Shown one piece after another: positions 25,780 to 40,949 of a stretch of 64,000 nucleotides of DNA. Below the pieces are notes generated by a model. The model had not been told where the DNA came from and ran no database searches. It worked only from the letters and a program-made list of their open reading frames with translations. This stretch comes from Eledone cirrhosa (Eukaryota): positions 29,822,001 through 29,886,000 of the forward strand of contig OZ024754.1 in NCBI GenBank assembly GCA_964016885.1. Direction: 5' to 3'. The translations under genes and the position numbers were made by a program. Numbering within the stretch: position 1 is the first letter of the stretch; every line of letters begins with the position of its first letter.

Positions 25780-28060
25780 AGGGACAAAACAGAGAGGCAG
25801 TACAACGAATGTTTATTAATTTCACGCTCTGGAGAGTGGGGTGTTGGTGGGGGACGACGTTTCGGGCATAAGCCCTTCCTCAGGTAGGAGGTGTGTGGGA
25901 ACAGAGTTCAAAGGGTGTGTAGGGGAGTGGTGGAGAGACATATAGCGAAAGGAAACGGTGCGAATGAAAAAATAAAAAATAAAGATAAAAATAAAAATAA
26001 GGCATGATCAAAATACAAGGAATGAGATGAATTTAAAAATAAAGGCATGATCAAAATAAACTGAAATTAAAAGGGGGGTAAACAGGTGGTGGAAGGGTGT
26101 GGGGTGTGTAGGGGTGGTGGCGGGTGGAGTGGGGAGAGGGAGACGGGGTGTCCGAGCGGGGAGGGCTGAAGGTGGTGTGTGTGTGTAGGTGTGCGTGTGT
26201 GTGTGTGTGTGTGTATGTGAAAGTAAGGGTTGGGGGAAGAACGGGGTTGCATGTTCGGGAAGAGGTGTGTGTGTGTGGGGTGGGGGGTCGGAGTGTCTGT
26301 GTGTGTGTGGATAGAGGGGGGGAGAGGAATCAGGTGGCTGAGGGTGTAAATATGTGGTGGAAAGCACGTGTGTGTGGGGTTTAAGCGTGTTGTGGGTGTA
26401 GGTGGCGTGTGGAGAAAACATTTTTGGGGGGTGTGTGTGTGGGTGAGTTATATAGGTGATTACGTAAGAGGATGGTTGAAAAGTTGGTAAATTCCGAAGA
26501 TGTTTAGTGGATTGGTTGTTGGTCAATTTCTGCGTGTGGGTATTCCATGAAGCGATGGTCGGAAGAGGAGAGATGTGGGGTGCGCGCGCAACAGGAAGTG
26601 GTCAGCAGTGGGAGTGCTGTGGTCTGTTTGTGCTGGGAGGTGGTCAGAGGGCATAGCAGCAGTCGGTGGAATGGTAAAGAGGCGAGGATGGGTAGGTGTG
26701 AAAGTGGGAGTGAGGAGGGTGTGTGTGTGTATTAGTAGGGGTGTTAGTGGGATGAGTGTGGAGCGAGGGTGTGGGTGGAGCGGGGAGAGAAGGGTGTGTG
26801 TGGTTCTATGGAGGGAGTGTGGTGTACTGGTGTGTGTGTAGTTTGATGAAGAGGTGTTAGTGGGTGTTAGTATACGGGAGGTGGGGAGGGGTTGAATGCA
26901 GGTGTGAGTGGGGGTTAGTGGTGGTAGGGTGTGTAGAGTTGGTGGTGTACGAGGGTGTGTGGGTACGTGTGCGTGGGGTTGGGGGTGTTAGTGATGTTAG
27001 TTGCGTGTGGGGTGGGTGGTGTAAGTGGGTGCGTGTGTTCGTGTGCTTGGGGTTAGGGGGTGTTAGTGAGGTTAGTTGCGGGGTGGTGGGATGGGGGTGT
27101 GGGGGTGAGGGGTGTGGGGGTGAGGGTTAGTGGTGGTAGTAGGGTGTGTGTTTAGTGTGAGCGCGTGTATATATGTGCCGGTGGGTGTGTGCGTGTGATA
27201 AGGAGGGGGAGGAGGAGAAGAGGGGAGGGAAGGGATGTTAGTATGTTAGTTGGGGAAGGGTGGTCAGATGGGGGGTGGAGTGGAGGTGTTAGTATTGTTA
27301 GTTGTGGGGTGGGCGGTGAAAAGGAGGGGTGTGTTAGTGGTGTTAGTGGGGGATAAGTGTGTGTGGGGGGGTCGAAGGCTAAAGGAATAAGGGTGGGGAC
27401 TTCAGGCCGGGGGGAGTGTGGGTCTGTAAGAAGAAGATAGTTTGTTGTTCGACCGTAAGGCGATTGGCGGGTGTTCCGTGGCACTGGAGTAGGCCACAGA
27501 CTGTGAGATGGCGTGCGGAATGTCCAGGGCCACCAAAGTGGCGGGCGATGAGGGAACTGCCCCCGAGACGAATATCCCGGAGGTGCTCCGTGACTCGGTC
27601 CGCCAGGCGACGTCCCGTCTGTCCGACATAAGTCGCGCTGCACTCCGTAGACTAGGTTGGAGGAGGTGCAGCGGAAGGCATGCCGGACCGAGAGAGAGTG
27701 GCCGTTGGGACCCTGGAAGGTGGTGGTGTTGGTGATGTGGGGACAGGTGTTGCAGCGGGGCCTAGAGCAGGGAAAGGAACCGTGGGGGAACAGAGCGTGG
27801 GTTGGGGGGTAGGGAGCTGTGGACGAGGAGGGTGCGGAGATTGCGTGCGCGTTTGAAGGAGGGGGTGGTGGGGTTGGGAAGATGTGGGAGGTGGAGGGGT
27901 CGGACTGGAGGCGTCGGAAGAGGCGGCGGATGGTGCGGTGGAGGGGTAAGGTGGAGGGGTGGTAGGTGATGGGGAAGGGGAGACGGTGGGTGGGTGTGCG
28001 GTGGCGTGGGGTGAGGGTGGTGGAGCGGGGGACAGCACGGGCGCTGGTGAGAGCGGTGTG
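25780..28060 (-). mobile_element. Penelope-like element (Neptune-like Cys linker plus GIY-YIG), strongly G-rich on +
   Basis: Reverse strand 27790-27400 with frameshifts: GSFPCSRPRCNTCPHI...FRCTSSNLVY...YVGQTGRRLADRVTEHLRDI...IARHF...EQQTIFFLQTHTPPGL. Confidence 0.85.
25854..25885 (-). ncRNA. Minimal PLE-type hammerhead
   Basis: ac-CTGAGGA-a-gggc-ttat-gccc-GAAA-cg-TC-gt; stem I only 2 bp. Confidence 0.6.
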
Positions 28061-28636
28061 GACGAGAGAGATATATATTAGTAAAAAGGAAAAGAAAATG
28101 GTAACAAATTTTTCCCAGTGAAAAATAGTTTAATTAGGAATAAGTATAAATTAGTAATAAGTATTAGTTAGTATTCAGTTTTAATTTTAAGTTTTTACCG
28201 GTTGCGCATCTCTTATGCTTTTCAAAAATAATTTTGAGATAGAGTGCTCGTGATTTTTGCTCTAATCTAAGTTTTGGAAATTCTTCCTGTTTTATATGAA
28301 AAAAGTGGCTTGGGATGTATTAAGATTTGGTTGGTTGTTGAATGTCATGTGAATAAGCACTATAAATCTCGCGCCAATTCGTGTAATGGATTTAACCCTT
28401 TTGATACTAAGCTGTCTGTAATACAAATTGTTTATATTTATCAAAAACCTACCATTATTCTTTTATGAGAGAACCTTTGTTAAGGTACATTTCAAACACC
28501 ATTTAAATAATGAAACAAGTTGCTTATTTTGCTACATCATTCCAAGTTCTTGAATATCATATGTAGTGCCTTTCATTAGAAATATAGCAACGAAATGCCT
28601 AAATGATAGGAATTTGAAACCTCCAACAATAATTTG

Positions 28637-28871
28637 AAGGCGCGTGGCCTTCTGGTATGGTTGTTGGACGATCATAATGTCGTTGGTTCGATTACTGAGC
28701 TGGATTTTGTAGTATGGTCTTAGCAAAACACTGCATTTCATGTTGCTCCAGGATACTCAGCTGAAAATGAGTACCAGCATGTCTACCTTATACTCTCAGT
28801 CGCTTCAGGCCACGAAACCGGGATAAGCACAGGACTGACGAGCCGTTTGACCTGATACAAACTTTAGATTT
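28637..28871 (+). mobile_element. CORE-type SINE, family 2
   Basis: Homologous to 62648-62880. Confidence 0.75.
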
Positions 28872-29633
28872 TAATTAGAAATAACGTGATATGTGATAGT
28901 CTGGAACGTATGGTAAACGTATATTCCTGATCAATTTAAATATGTTTCTCCTGTAGATACCGAAGAAACTAATTTAACAAGAAATTCGAGAAAGGCGAAT
29001 TATTAAAGCTAGACATCAATTTCAAGATTATTTTAAAATGTACACCTTGTATGATAACAGAAATATATCAGAAATAGAAACATATTAATCGGTTGGAAAT
29101 AATATACAATTATCCGGATGGATTGACAATTTATTGAAATTAATGTCTAGCAACTGAAGGAGCAGATATTAAATTAACCACATTACTGCTAAATTTACGT
29201 AGACAGAAACTGAAAAGTAGCGGATTTGTAGACGTAATATTTTATATATGAAATACATTATATGGTTGACGAAACACGAATGCATTTATTAACACGCTAA
29301 GCTAGGAATCCCCAGTCTGATATCCTAAACTGGGAATGAAAATTTAGTTAAATTACATATCCCAAGTTATAATAGTATGACTAAGCCCTCTTCCATCCCC
29401 TTAAGGTGCTCTTCAGTAGAACTCTCATTAAAATATTCCTTCAGAATATCTACCGATATGATTAATCAAATCAATTTAGAGTGCTCCCCAAGTATACTTG
29501 CTGCGAAATGGCTGAAACTAATAAATGAATAAAATAACAAAATACAATGGGAAATCATTGGAACACAATTATTTGACATGAGAATTCGAAATACTATTAT
29601 TAAAAACAAACATTTATCTTTTTAAAACAATAA

Positions 29634-29712
<79 letters not shown>

Positions 29713-29812
29713 TATTGAAATTTCCGTTGCAAACAGAAAAAGTCATAGAAGTGAAGAGTGCTCTATGTAAGTACCAGAGCAAAATTTAATGTATAAAAAT
29801 CAATACAGTATA

Positions 29813-29890
29813 ATTACCTCATTACCAGAGGTTTCCCGAATAAGGCGAATACGAAAGAAACGTCTTCATTCGTTCGTCGGACGAGGTAAT
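29813..29890 (-). ncRNA. Type I hammerhead, U4C core, 10-bp stem I
   Basis: attacctcgt-CCGACGA-a-cgaatga...ttattcg-g-GAAA-cc-tct-gg-TA-atgaggtaat. Confidence 0.75.
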
Positions 29891-32085
29891 ATAAAACATG
29901 GCTAAATACTTGGAAAGTCTCGTCAAGAAAAGCAAAAAAAAAAAAAAAAAAAATTATATAAATATAGATAAAGGTATTACAATAGACATATGAAATATAT
30001 AAAAATTTTACAAGAAATATAGTTAGGTGTGTGTATATGTATGTATATACGCTCACAGATGTACATATGTATGTATGTACAAATGTGTGCGCATAGTGAA
30101 AATGTGTGCGTAAATATATGTGTGAAGGCAAGTCTATCTGTGTATCTGTAACTACAGACAGACATGATATGGATGTCCGGTTGGCAGGTACACAGAAAAA
30201 CAGGGTATTAGATACATTATAAGAATATGAAGGCACGCGTATAAACACACACGCGCGTACACTTATCTGTGGAAGAAAAAGAGGTAAGGGAGTGTAATAG
30301 TAAAAAGAAAGTATCATTCTCGATATACTTATAAAAATGGAACAATAATTTAGAAAGAAAAAATTAAAGAAAAGATGACAAGCAAGGTACACGCGTACAT
30401 ACACACATATATCTACAAGAAACGTATATCTATAAAAAATATATATATATACACGCAAAAACGTGCAGACAAAAGCGTATTCAAGTATACACACACAGGA
30501 TGCACATATATACATATATACGCCTCGCCCCATGTATATCTAATCACGCGCACGCACGCGACTGTATACATACACACACTCACACACACATAAAAATATA
30601 CATGCCTATATACATACACGCACTTACACATCCATACAATCAGTACGTACACACACATACACACACACACATACATACACTCACGCATATTGACCCGTTT
30701 ACATGCACACACATAAAAATGAGAAAGTAAAAAAAACAAAAAAACATAGATGTAAAATCACAGATATAAAAACACACATACATACACATATATATATATA
30801 TATACAAGCACGCGCGCGCACATACGGAGGCGTTCGTGTACATATACAGAAAGTATACACACATTAAGACGCTCAGACACATAGATACAGGGTGTAAAAA
30901 CAGCCTTGTGGATAAGTAAGTACAAATATAAAAATATACATATATATAAGAATGACTGCGAAATAACAGAAAATATCTGGAGTGGAAAACGCAAGTGATT
31001 TGTGTAATCAGGTAGTGAAGAAAATAGGGAAGTAAAAAGTGGAAAGTGAAGATATTAGGTAAGTGAATCGGAGAATAAGGGGGGGGGGGGTTGTGGTGGA
31101 TGTGAAGTAAAAATAAAAATAAGAATAAAAATAAAAATGAAATTAATAATAAGGTTAAAAATGAAAGTAAATCAGAAAGGGTAGTCTTAAAGAGAATAAT
31201 AAGAGTTTATGGAGGATAAGTATCTGAAAATGTGTTAAGTTTATATGAGCTGCAAAGCAGGTGTGATTTCATGTGTGGGCAACTGGTGGAAATTTCTGTC
31301 TTTGTGTTCAGGCAGGTCTTTGGTGATTTAAGATTTTGCAAAATCCAATATTTTTCATTTATGCAGAGCGTGCATTTTCTTGTTCCTCTTGCGTATTATT
31401 TAGATTGGTTCAAAATTGACCAATCCAATTTATATTGGATACCTTGGTCTTTCAAATCCCATATTCTGCTAGCCAGAGCTGTTGTAAATCTTTTTTCTGG
31501 ATGTCGAAAGGATGCGACATGTGAGTAATAACGCGTTTTGAATTTGTCTTGCGTCATACCTACATATCGTTCACTGGTGGCTGGGTGGTTGTTGCTGATG
31601 GTTGTCACTTTAGCCGCATATACAATGGCTTTGGTGTTGCATTTACCTTGTAATGGGCATTCACTTTTGATTCTACAGGAGCAATTTTGATGTTCTCTAG
31701 GTGATTTTTTGTTGATGATATAGGATTTAATAGGGGGACCGCAGGAATAGCTAATTTTGACACAGTTTCTATTAAAGATCTTATAGTATCTATGTGTTCT
31801 AGGGAAATGTTTATCTAGGAGCTCTAGGAATTTTTTGCCTACATTAGTTTTAACTGCTAGAGAGTAGGGGGGTGTGAACCAGATTATTTTTCTTTTCCTG
31901 TTTTTATGTTTAATAGAGATAGTATAGTTGGGTATGTATTTAATGGGTTCGCTAAAACCGCTATTTTGGAGGGCTTTATTATAGTAGGGGGATGCCTTAT
32001 CTATATTTATGTAATTTTTTTTTTTTTTTTTTTTTTTGCTTTTCTTGACGAGACTTTCCAAGTATTTAGCCATGTTTTATATTGG

Positions 32086-32153
32086 CTCGTCCGACGAACG
32101 AATGAAGACGTTTCTTTCGTATTCGCCTTATTCGGGAAACCTCTGGTAATGAG
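32086..32153 (+). ncRNA. Inverted copy of the 29813-29890 hammerhead
   Basis: ctcgt-CCGACGA...GAAA-cctctgg-TA-atgag. Confidence 0.7.
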
Positions 32154-32243
32154 GTAATTATACTGTATTGATTTTTATACATTATATATATATATATATA
32201 CGTATATATATATATATATATATATACGTATATATATATATAC

Positions 32244-32315
<72 letters not shown>

Positions 32316-32334
32316 ATATATATATATGTATATA

Positions 32335-32375
<41 letters not shown>

Positions 32376-32394
32376 ATATATATATATGTATATA

Positions 32395-32431
<37 letters not shown>

Positions 32432-32513
32432 ATATATATATATATATATACACATATATATATATATACATATATAATATAAGATCAAAAGATGGTTAAA
32501 GGAGTTCCATGTA

Positions 32514-32580
32514 TTTTATTATGCGCATTTCAAAAACAAACATCATCATGCAATAATATTTGTGTTTTCATCAGACAAAA
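32514..32580 (-). ncRNA. Type I hammerhead (inverted arm)
   Basis: Reverse complement of 32651-32717. Confidence 0.75.
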
Positions 32581-32650
32581 CAGGAGAACATGATATGAAG
32601 GCTAAAAAACACTTGTGGATAGTGCAGTTTTAAATCAACATGTTCTCCTG

Positions 32651-32717
32651 TTTTGTCTGATGAAAACACAAATATTATTGCATGATGATGTTTGTTTTTG
32701 AAATGCGCATAATAAAA
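32651..32717 (+). ncRNA. Type I hammerhead, palindromic stem III
   Basis: ttttgt-CTGATGA-...caaatattatt-gcat-gatgatgtttg...-GAAA-tgcgca-TA-ataaaa. Confidence 0.8.
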
Positions 32718-32874
32718 TACATGGAACTCCTTTAACCATCTTTTGATCTTATATTATGTATACTCCAGTCCTACAAACTGTAGAGTGCTTCTTATCCGAT
32801 ATCTGCATTGCTTTATTGTACTACAATAAAACTCACCTCCTACATATATACATATATATATATATACATATATA

Positions 32875-32919
<45 letters not shown>

Positions 32920-32957
32920 GTATATATATATATATACGTATATATATATATATATAC

Positions 32958-33077
<120 letters not shown>

Positions 33078-33099
33078 TTGTATGTATTTATATATAATT

Positions 33100-34835
<1,736 letters not shown>

Positions 34836-35411
34836 AGTGCACAAGCTAATGGCAATGAAGAAAAACAAAGCCAGACTCTTTAGTATTTCTGCAAATCCAT
34901 ATAGTTTTGGTTCATCATATTTGTAACTATTCACTCCACTGTACACTGAATAGCAGTAGTGTAAATCGCAGACATGTGTCAATGTGTTTCTATCGATGAA
35001 TTATACAAATCAAAACAGAAAAATAGGCTACAAACCAGTTTAGTTTATCTGAAAACGAAATTGTTAAAATAAGTTGTGCAATTAACTTAGCCAGGAAGAA
35101 GAGAAAGGAAGAAAAACTAAATCGTTGCAAATGTGACTGTTCAATCTTCCAAATGTACTAACACAAGTTTTAATGATAATGCAGGTGATAAAAAGTTAAG
35201 CTTAACTTTGCATTTATTACTCCAGTGTATGGAATATAGTGTAAGATTATTGCTTGTAGTTGCAGGTGTATATCGTTAAATAGGCTAAACTAAAATCACT
35301 ATTGCAATACATTTTTCTACTCAAACACTATACTTACTACTAAACTAATAGAAGGATTTTGGCAGATTTATTGATTTTTATATATGCATGCATTTCTGAA
35401 AAAGCACAAGC

Positions 35412-35578
<167 letters not shown>

Positions 35579-35681
35579 TAATTTATTACTATCTTATTAC
35601 CAGTAAGATAAATAGCTCAATGTAATAACACCAGTTGTTCTACAGAGCAGTTATTCGCTTACAATTGTTTCTTCCATTTAT

Positions 35682-35730
35682 TCGCTTACAATTGTTTCTT
35701 CCAAACCGAGGTTTGGAGTCTTCGGAGCAA
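35682..35730 (-). ncRNA. Hammerhead, U4C core (inverted arm)
   Basis: Reverse-complement counterpart of 35951-36001. Confidence 0.65.
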
Positions 35731-35950
35731 TTTTTCAATGATTGTTTACATACATGACCTCCTTTTCAACACAAGAGACATACAGAAACATATGTATTGG
35801 AGTCTTTGGAGCAATTTTTCAATGATTGTTTACATACATGACCTCCTTTTCAACATAAGAGACGTACAGAAACATATGTATATATACATATATTTCTGTA
35901 TGTCTCTTGTGTTGAAAAGGCGGTCATGTATGTAAACAATCATTGAAAAA

Positions 35951-36001
35951 TTGCTCCGAAGACTCCAAACCCCTCGGTTTGGAAGAAACAATTGTAAGCG
36001 A
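35951..36001 (+). ncRNA. Hammerhead, U4C core
   Basis: ttgct-CCGAAGA-c-tccaaacc-cctc-ggtttgga-a-GAAA-caattg-TA-agcga. Confidence 0.7.
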
Positions 36002-36036
36002 ATAAATGGTTTAAACAGAACTTTGATTCATGTAAT

Positions 36037-36079
<43 letters not shown>

Positions 36080-36173
36080 CCTATGCGGTTATGAAAACAC
36101 AGGTCTATGTATATATATATATATAGAGAGAGAGAGATAGAGAGAGAGAGGGAGGAAGGGGAGAGAAAGAGTG

Positions 36174-36213
<40 letters not shown>

Positions 36214-37179
36214 TGTTAAAGAGGTAAAGGTTTGGTTTTTTCTGTTTATTTGTTTTGTTGTTCGTTAGCATAAAATATGAAAAGGAATGAATAAGAATTA
36301 AAAGAGTGGTGTTATGACCAGTCTCAGAATATATTTATTATATTTACCGTGGGCCGGTACTTGGCTGTTGTTTATAAGCTTTGTTGCTGGATCAATAAGG
36401 TTAGTTAGCGTTTTCGGATGTAAAATCTTTCATCATACTCAATTCGTTTACTTGCTAAAACGAATGCCATTCTATCTCTTAGTCGAAAGATATAACGTAG
36501 ATAATAGTTATATGTATGTATGGTCCGGTAATTACTGAAAGAGTCGTAGGGGCGCCGTATTGACATACGGCGTTTCTTGAGCATTTCAAACCTGGTAGAA
36601 CCCATCCCGCTCCAGGCCTGAGTACAGCAGATTTCTTCCAGAGAAATAGATATTGAGGAAACATTCACCACAGTACAAGGCTGGTACTTATTTTATCGAC
36701 CTCGAAAGGATGGGATTTGAACTCACAGAGCAGACGGCCGGAACGAGTACCATAAAAAATTCTATTCGATCTTCGAACGATTCTCCCAATGCACCACCTT
36801 CACGATTGATATATACTTCGTTTAAATATTTTGTTTATATCACTGATTTTTCCTTTCAGGGGATTTCTTTTGGCAATGGAGATTAATAAATCTGATTCTG
36901 TTTATCTTTGAGGTTGTTGTTGTTATTGATATGGTTGTTTTGTTGTCGTTTTAGTATTTTTTTGTAATGATTGTCGTTGATTCTGTTCTTTATTTTTCAA
37001 TTCAATACGATCGGTATTTAATACACATAAATGAAAACATAGGTAAAACAATGAAAACATCGCTTCATCTAACGTCACAAAACTCCCCTCTAACAGAAAT
37101 AACAACGATATTAGTGGAGAGCAAACTAGGAGGTGTAACTGTCTGGATAGATCATCATGCCCCGTCAACAATAAATGCC

Positions 37180-37560
37180 GAGAACGAAACTTGGTCTACC
37201 AGTGCAACGTGAGGACGGAACATTCCAGCAAGGCCTACATCGAATTAACTGCCTGCGAGTTTAAGACCCGGTACTACCAACACCACCATTCATTTAAAAA
37301 TCTGGCCCGGTGACACGCTACAGCATTTTCTAGACATATTTGGGACAACAATGTTACCTATCATCTTACATGAGCCTACTTTCCAAGGCAAAATCTTACT
37401 CAGGAGGACGCCATCGGTACAACTTATGCTCGGAGGGAACGATCCAGATGGTGTTTGCCGAGGACCAATTATTAAACAAAAGGGATGAATTAGTTACCTC
37501 GTGTAAACACAGAATATATAGGACATATCTTACCTTCAAACCCCCTCATGACCCAGGTAA
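37180..37560 (+). mobile_element. Degenerate PLE GIY-YIG fragment
   Basis: YIELTACEFKTRYYQH...FSRHIW...NLCSE...LLNKRDELVTSCKH across frameshifts. Confidence 0.75.
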
Positions 37561-38227
37561 TACCCTTCCCAAGCATACTTAGGTAGAAATAGAAATAGAA
37601 TATTTCATTATTGTTAACACTTCCTAAGCATTCTTGGGTAGGAATAGAATATTTTCATTTTTGCAAAAATATACATATTGCCCTATAGAACCAGCCGAAT
37701 GGAGAGCTATGAGACATTACTAGACCTATTACTCATAGGTTAAGCACGAAGCACAAGCTTACTCGCAGCCATTACCGGACTGCCGCAATGGCAAGCTTGG
37801 TATATAGAGTAAATGTGTACTAGCATATAAATGCTTAAGCACTATCAAAAACTATAGCTTTAGAATTGTCAAAGAGAGCTATTAGCTAACCTTCAATTTT
37901 ATTATTTCCTTTTGCTAATGTCTTTCGATGGCTTTGATATGCATGTTAAAATTACAGTTTGAGGCATTTCTTATATAAAACAGGAATTTACTTTACTATA
38001 GAACCTTAGTTAACTTACATCAGTACGAGAACAGAAATAATTAGTACTTAGTTTATAGTTAGAATCAAAGAAATTCTAAGATATTTTACTTTGACTGTAT
38101 AGCCCATATATGGATTGTACCCCTTGATAAGTTCAGCTAGATTCCCACCGTTCAAATACTGGTGCTTTAGTTCGGATCTAGCTGTTGAAGCGACCGCTCT
38201 TACCCTTTCTGATATATATATATATAT

Positions 38228-38317
<90 letters not shown>

Positions 38318-38431
38318 GGGGGAGAGAGAAAGGGAGAAAATATAAATAGGATTTAGCTTCAAGTATAGCTGTATACAGATATGTATACAGAAACATGGTA
38401 TGCTTACAGGGTAAACATTTATATCCATCTT

Positions 38432-38509
<78 letters not shown>

Positions 38510-38901
38510 AAGATGGATATAAAGGAAAATAGAAAGGTCTTGGGGTGAGAGGTAAAAAAGGGAAATCCCTTGAAATCAATTATTATATTATTGGAAATAG
38601 ATATTGTAATGGAAGAACCAAATCCGAAACATATTTGACCTGCATTTCCTGGAAGATAAAGCGGCATATATTATATTTATACGTTCAGAGAAGTTATATT
38701 TTTATTACGTTACGTTTTTACCATTTCCATATTTCAAATAATGTATATCTTAATGAACAACCTGGAGAACATAGTTTATAGTCAGAATCAAAGCAGACAG
38801 TGTCATAAAAACGTGGAATTTATATATATATATAATATATATATGTGTGTGTGTGTGTGTGTGCGTGCGTGTGTGTGTGTGTGCGTGTGTGTGTGCGTGT
38901 G

Positions 38902-38940
<39 letters not shown>

Positions 38941-38944
<4 letters not shown>

Positions 38945-39346
38945 TGGCTGCCAACTCGTTTTCGAGTACGGCCACTACTTTATATCCATGTAAGAGAACC
39001 CCTACCGATACGCTGAACGAGTGTGACATTTTAGTCCAGCCAGCGACTTGAAAACTCTGGTACAAACACTACACTTGTGACAATTATTGACACATAGTGC
39101 TGGGCTCATGTTACCATATGACGACAAGTGTAGAGAGATCTCCAGATATAAAGCAATGCCTGTGCCGTGAAGCTTTTATAGTGAGCAAAGGCACTGCACA
39201 AAGCCAGTCCCACTCTCTTAACCAAGATGATATTTACCAAAAAGAAGAAAAAGTCAACATCATTGGATACCATCAGGGTTGCAGGTGTTATATCAGAGTT
39301 TTCCTTCTCCTAGAATTCTGCCTTGACAAAAGCTAAGGGGTCATCT
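38941..39346. repeat. Dispersed repeat, copy of 12819-13220
   Basis: High identity over ~350 bp; distal ~45 bp is inverted between the two copies. Confidence 0.85.
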
Positions 39347-39516
39347 CTCCTGGTGATTTTGGATGGCCATTGGCTCTTAAGAGCTCCTTTGGCCTATATA
39401 TATACATACACACATATATATATATATTGATATTGATATATACACATATATATATTGAAAAATACATAAAAATAAAATTTTATTTCTCATTATACATAAA
39501 TGTAAGAATGCACACG

Positions 39517-39590
<74 letters not shown>

Positions 39591-39599
39591 TAAGAGGAA

Positions 39600-40930
39600 T
39601 TCCAACTTTGTCTGATTTACTCGTTTTATTTACAATCCTTTAAAATATATATATAATGGTATTATAATGAAATAGTATGATAGAATATTAAATTCTAAGT
39701 GTTAATTGAACAAGTACTTTCATGCTTTCGCAATCTTCAGGTTCATGATATGTGGTGACAGTCGAGTTTGCAATTTTCAACTGTAATGAGATGGGTAAAT
39801 TTCCTACCTTTTATACATTTTATACAGAGAAAAGTGGCTCCAGAATGCAAAGCCCTGTAAACTGTATTTCGACCAATCAGTGTGTAGTTTCGCTGAATTA
39901 CTACAGCTGATTGGTTTAAGCGTCACGGCTGGTTGAACATGCTAACGACCAATAGTCATATCCAACGTATCAATTGTTTTGCTTTTTGAAATGATGAAAA
40001 TAGCATTTTCTATTAATCATCACCATCAACATCACTCCTATTATTATTATTATTATTGTTGTTGTTGTTGTTGTTAGTGGTCCTGGTCATAGTGGTAGTA
40101 GAAGTAATACCCCTAGGCGTTATTATTGTTCATTTAGCTTGGGTTTGAATTTATCAATAAAATTCTTTTCTTTGATTTTTCTCTTGATTTCACTTGGGCT
40201 GTGTAATTTGTAGAATGGGAATATTATAAATATTCCCTGACCACATGTTGCCAGGTGGCCGCTGAGGGGTATCTGACGGACATTTGGGTCTCTGATTTGT
40301 TGACGGTGTACCCGTGCACGATCTAATGAGAATCACTTCTCTATATTTTTCCACCCAGTATTTAACCGCCTTTATTCCTAAATCATGTGTAATGTTGGTG
40401 TAAAGGCTTACCACATCAAAACTGAGTAGAAGTGAATTTGTTTCCGTGGTTTTGGGAAGATGGGACAGGAAGTCGATATCATCCCGGATGAAACTGGGTA
40501 TGTGAATACATAGTGGTTTCAAAATAATGTCAACAAAATTGCTTAGACGGTGAGTGGGGCATGTTGGACCAGCTATAATAGGTCTAAGTTTTAAGTCTTT
40601 TGGGTGTAATAATTTAATGTACTCACTGTTTTGTTCTCTTACTGCCAGTTGTATTTCTTTTGACTTGTGAACTTTCGGTAGGCCATACAGGTTGCTGGGT
40701 TTCGGCTCAAAATTGGTGATGTAGTCTCTTTCCTTATCAGTAAATGAGTTGTGGTATTTTGAAGCCAGGTTGTTGATCTTCTTCATGATGTTGTGGTCTA
40801 TATTTGACGGTATTTCATGATAGAATGTTGTGTCTTTCAGTTGTTCCTCAACCAAATCCTTGTAGTATTCAGTATCCATTATAACAACTGCACCCCCTTT
40901 ATCTGCTTGTTTAATTATTATTGTTTTATC
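39600..40930 (-). mobile_element. Internally deleted PLE (RT N-half plus end of GIY-YIG)
   Basis: IKQADKGGAVV, YGLPKVHK, LRPII, SFDVVSLYTNI (PLE RT); later RKIKEKNFIDKFKPKLN stop. Confidence 0.9.
39707..39745 (-). ncRNA. Minimal type I hammerhead at PLE 3' end
   Basis: tgaac-CTGAAGA-t-tgc-gaaa-gca-t-GAAA-gtac-TT-gttca; palindromic stem III AGTACT. Confidence 0.8.
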
Positions 40931-40949
40931 ATTTTGTATATATATATAT

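Larger units (their letters stand above)
29789..32185 (-). mobile_element. 5'-truncated PLE with ~190-bp inverted terminal repeats
   Basis: ORF 31396-32073: RKIIWFTPPYS...CSCRIKSECPLQGKC...IVYAA...YVGMTQDKFKTRYYSH (GIY-YIG); 29789-29975 is the reverse complement of ~31998-32185. Confidence 0.92.
32475..32845. mobile_element. Short non-coding fold-back element with two inverted hammerheads
   Basis: Arms ~32475-32592 and ~32639-32757; same family at 46870-47110 and 62955-63370; flanked by (TA)n. Confidence 0.85.

Noticed and set aside
36403-36440. Minus-strand ATGATGA...GAAA-acgc-TA motif
   Set aside because: C3 mutated and stems only ~3 bp; possibly a relic but unsupported
38118-38205. TTGATAA core with long stem (cagctagat/atctagctg)
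   Set aside because: GAAA incomplete and stem I does not pair
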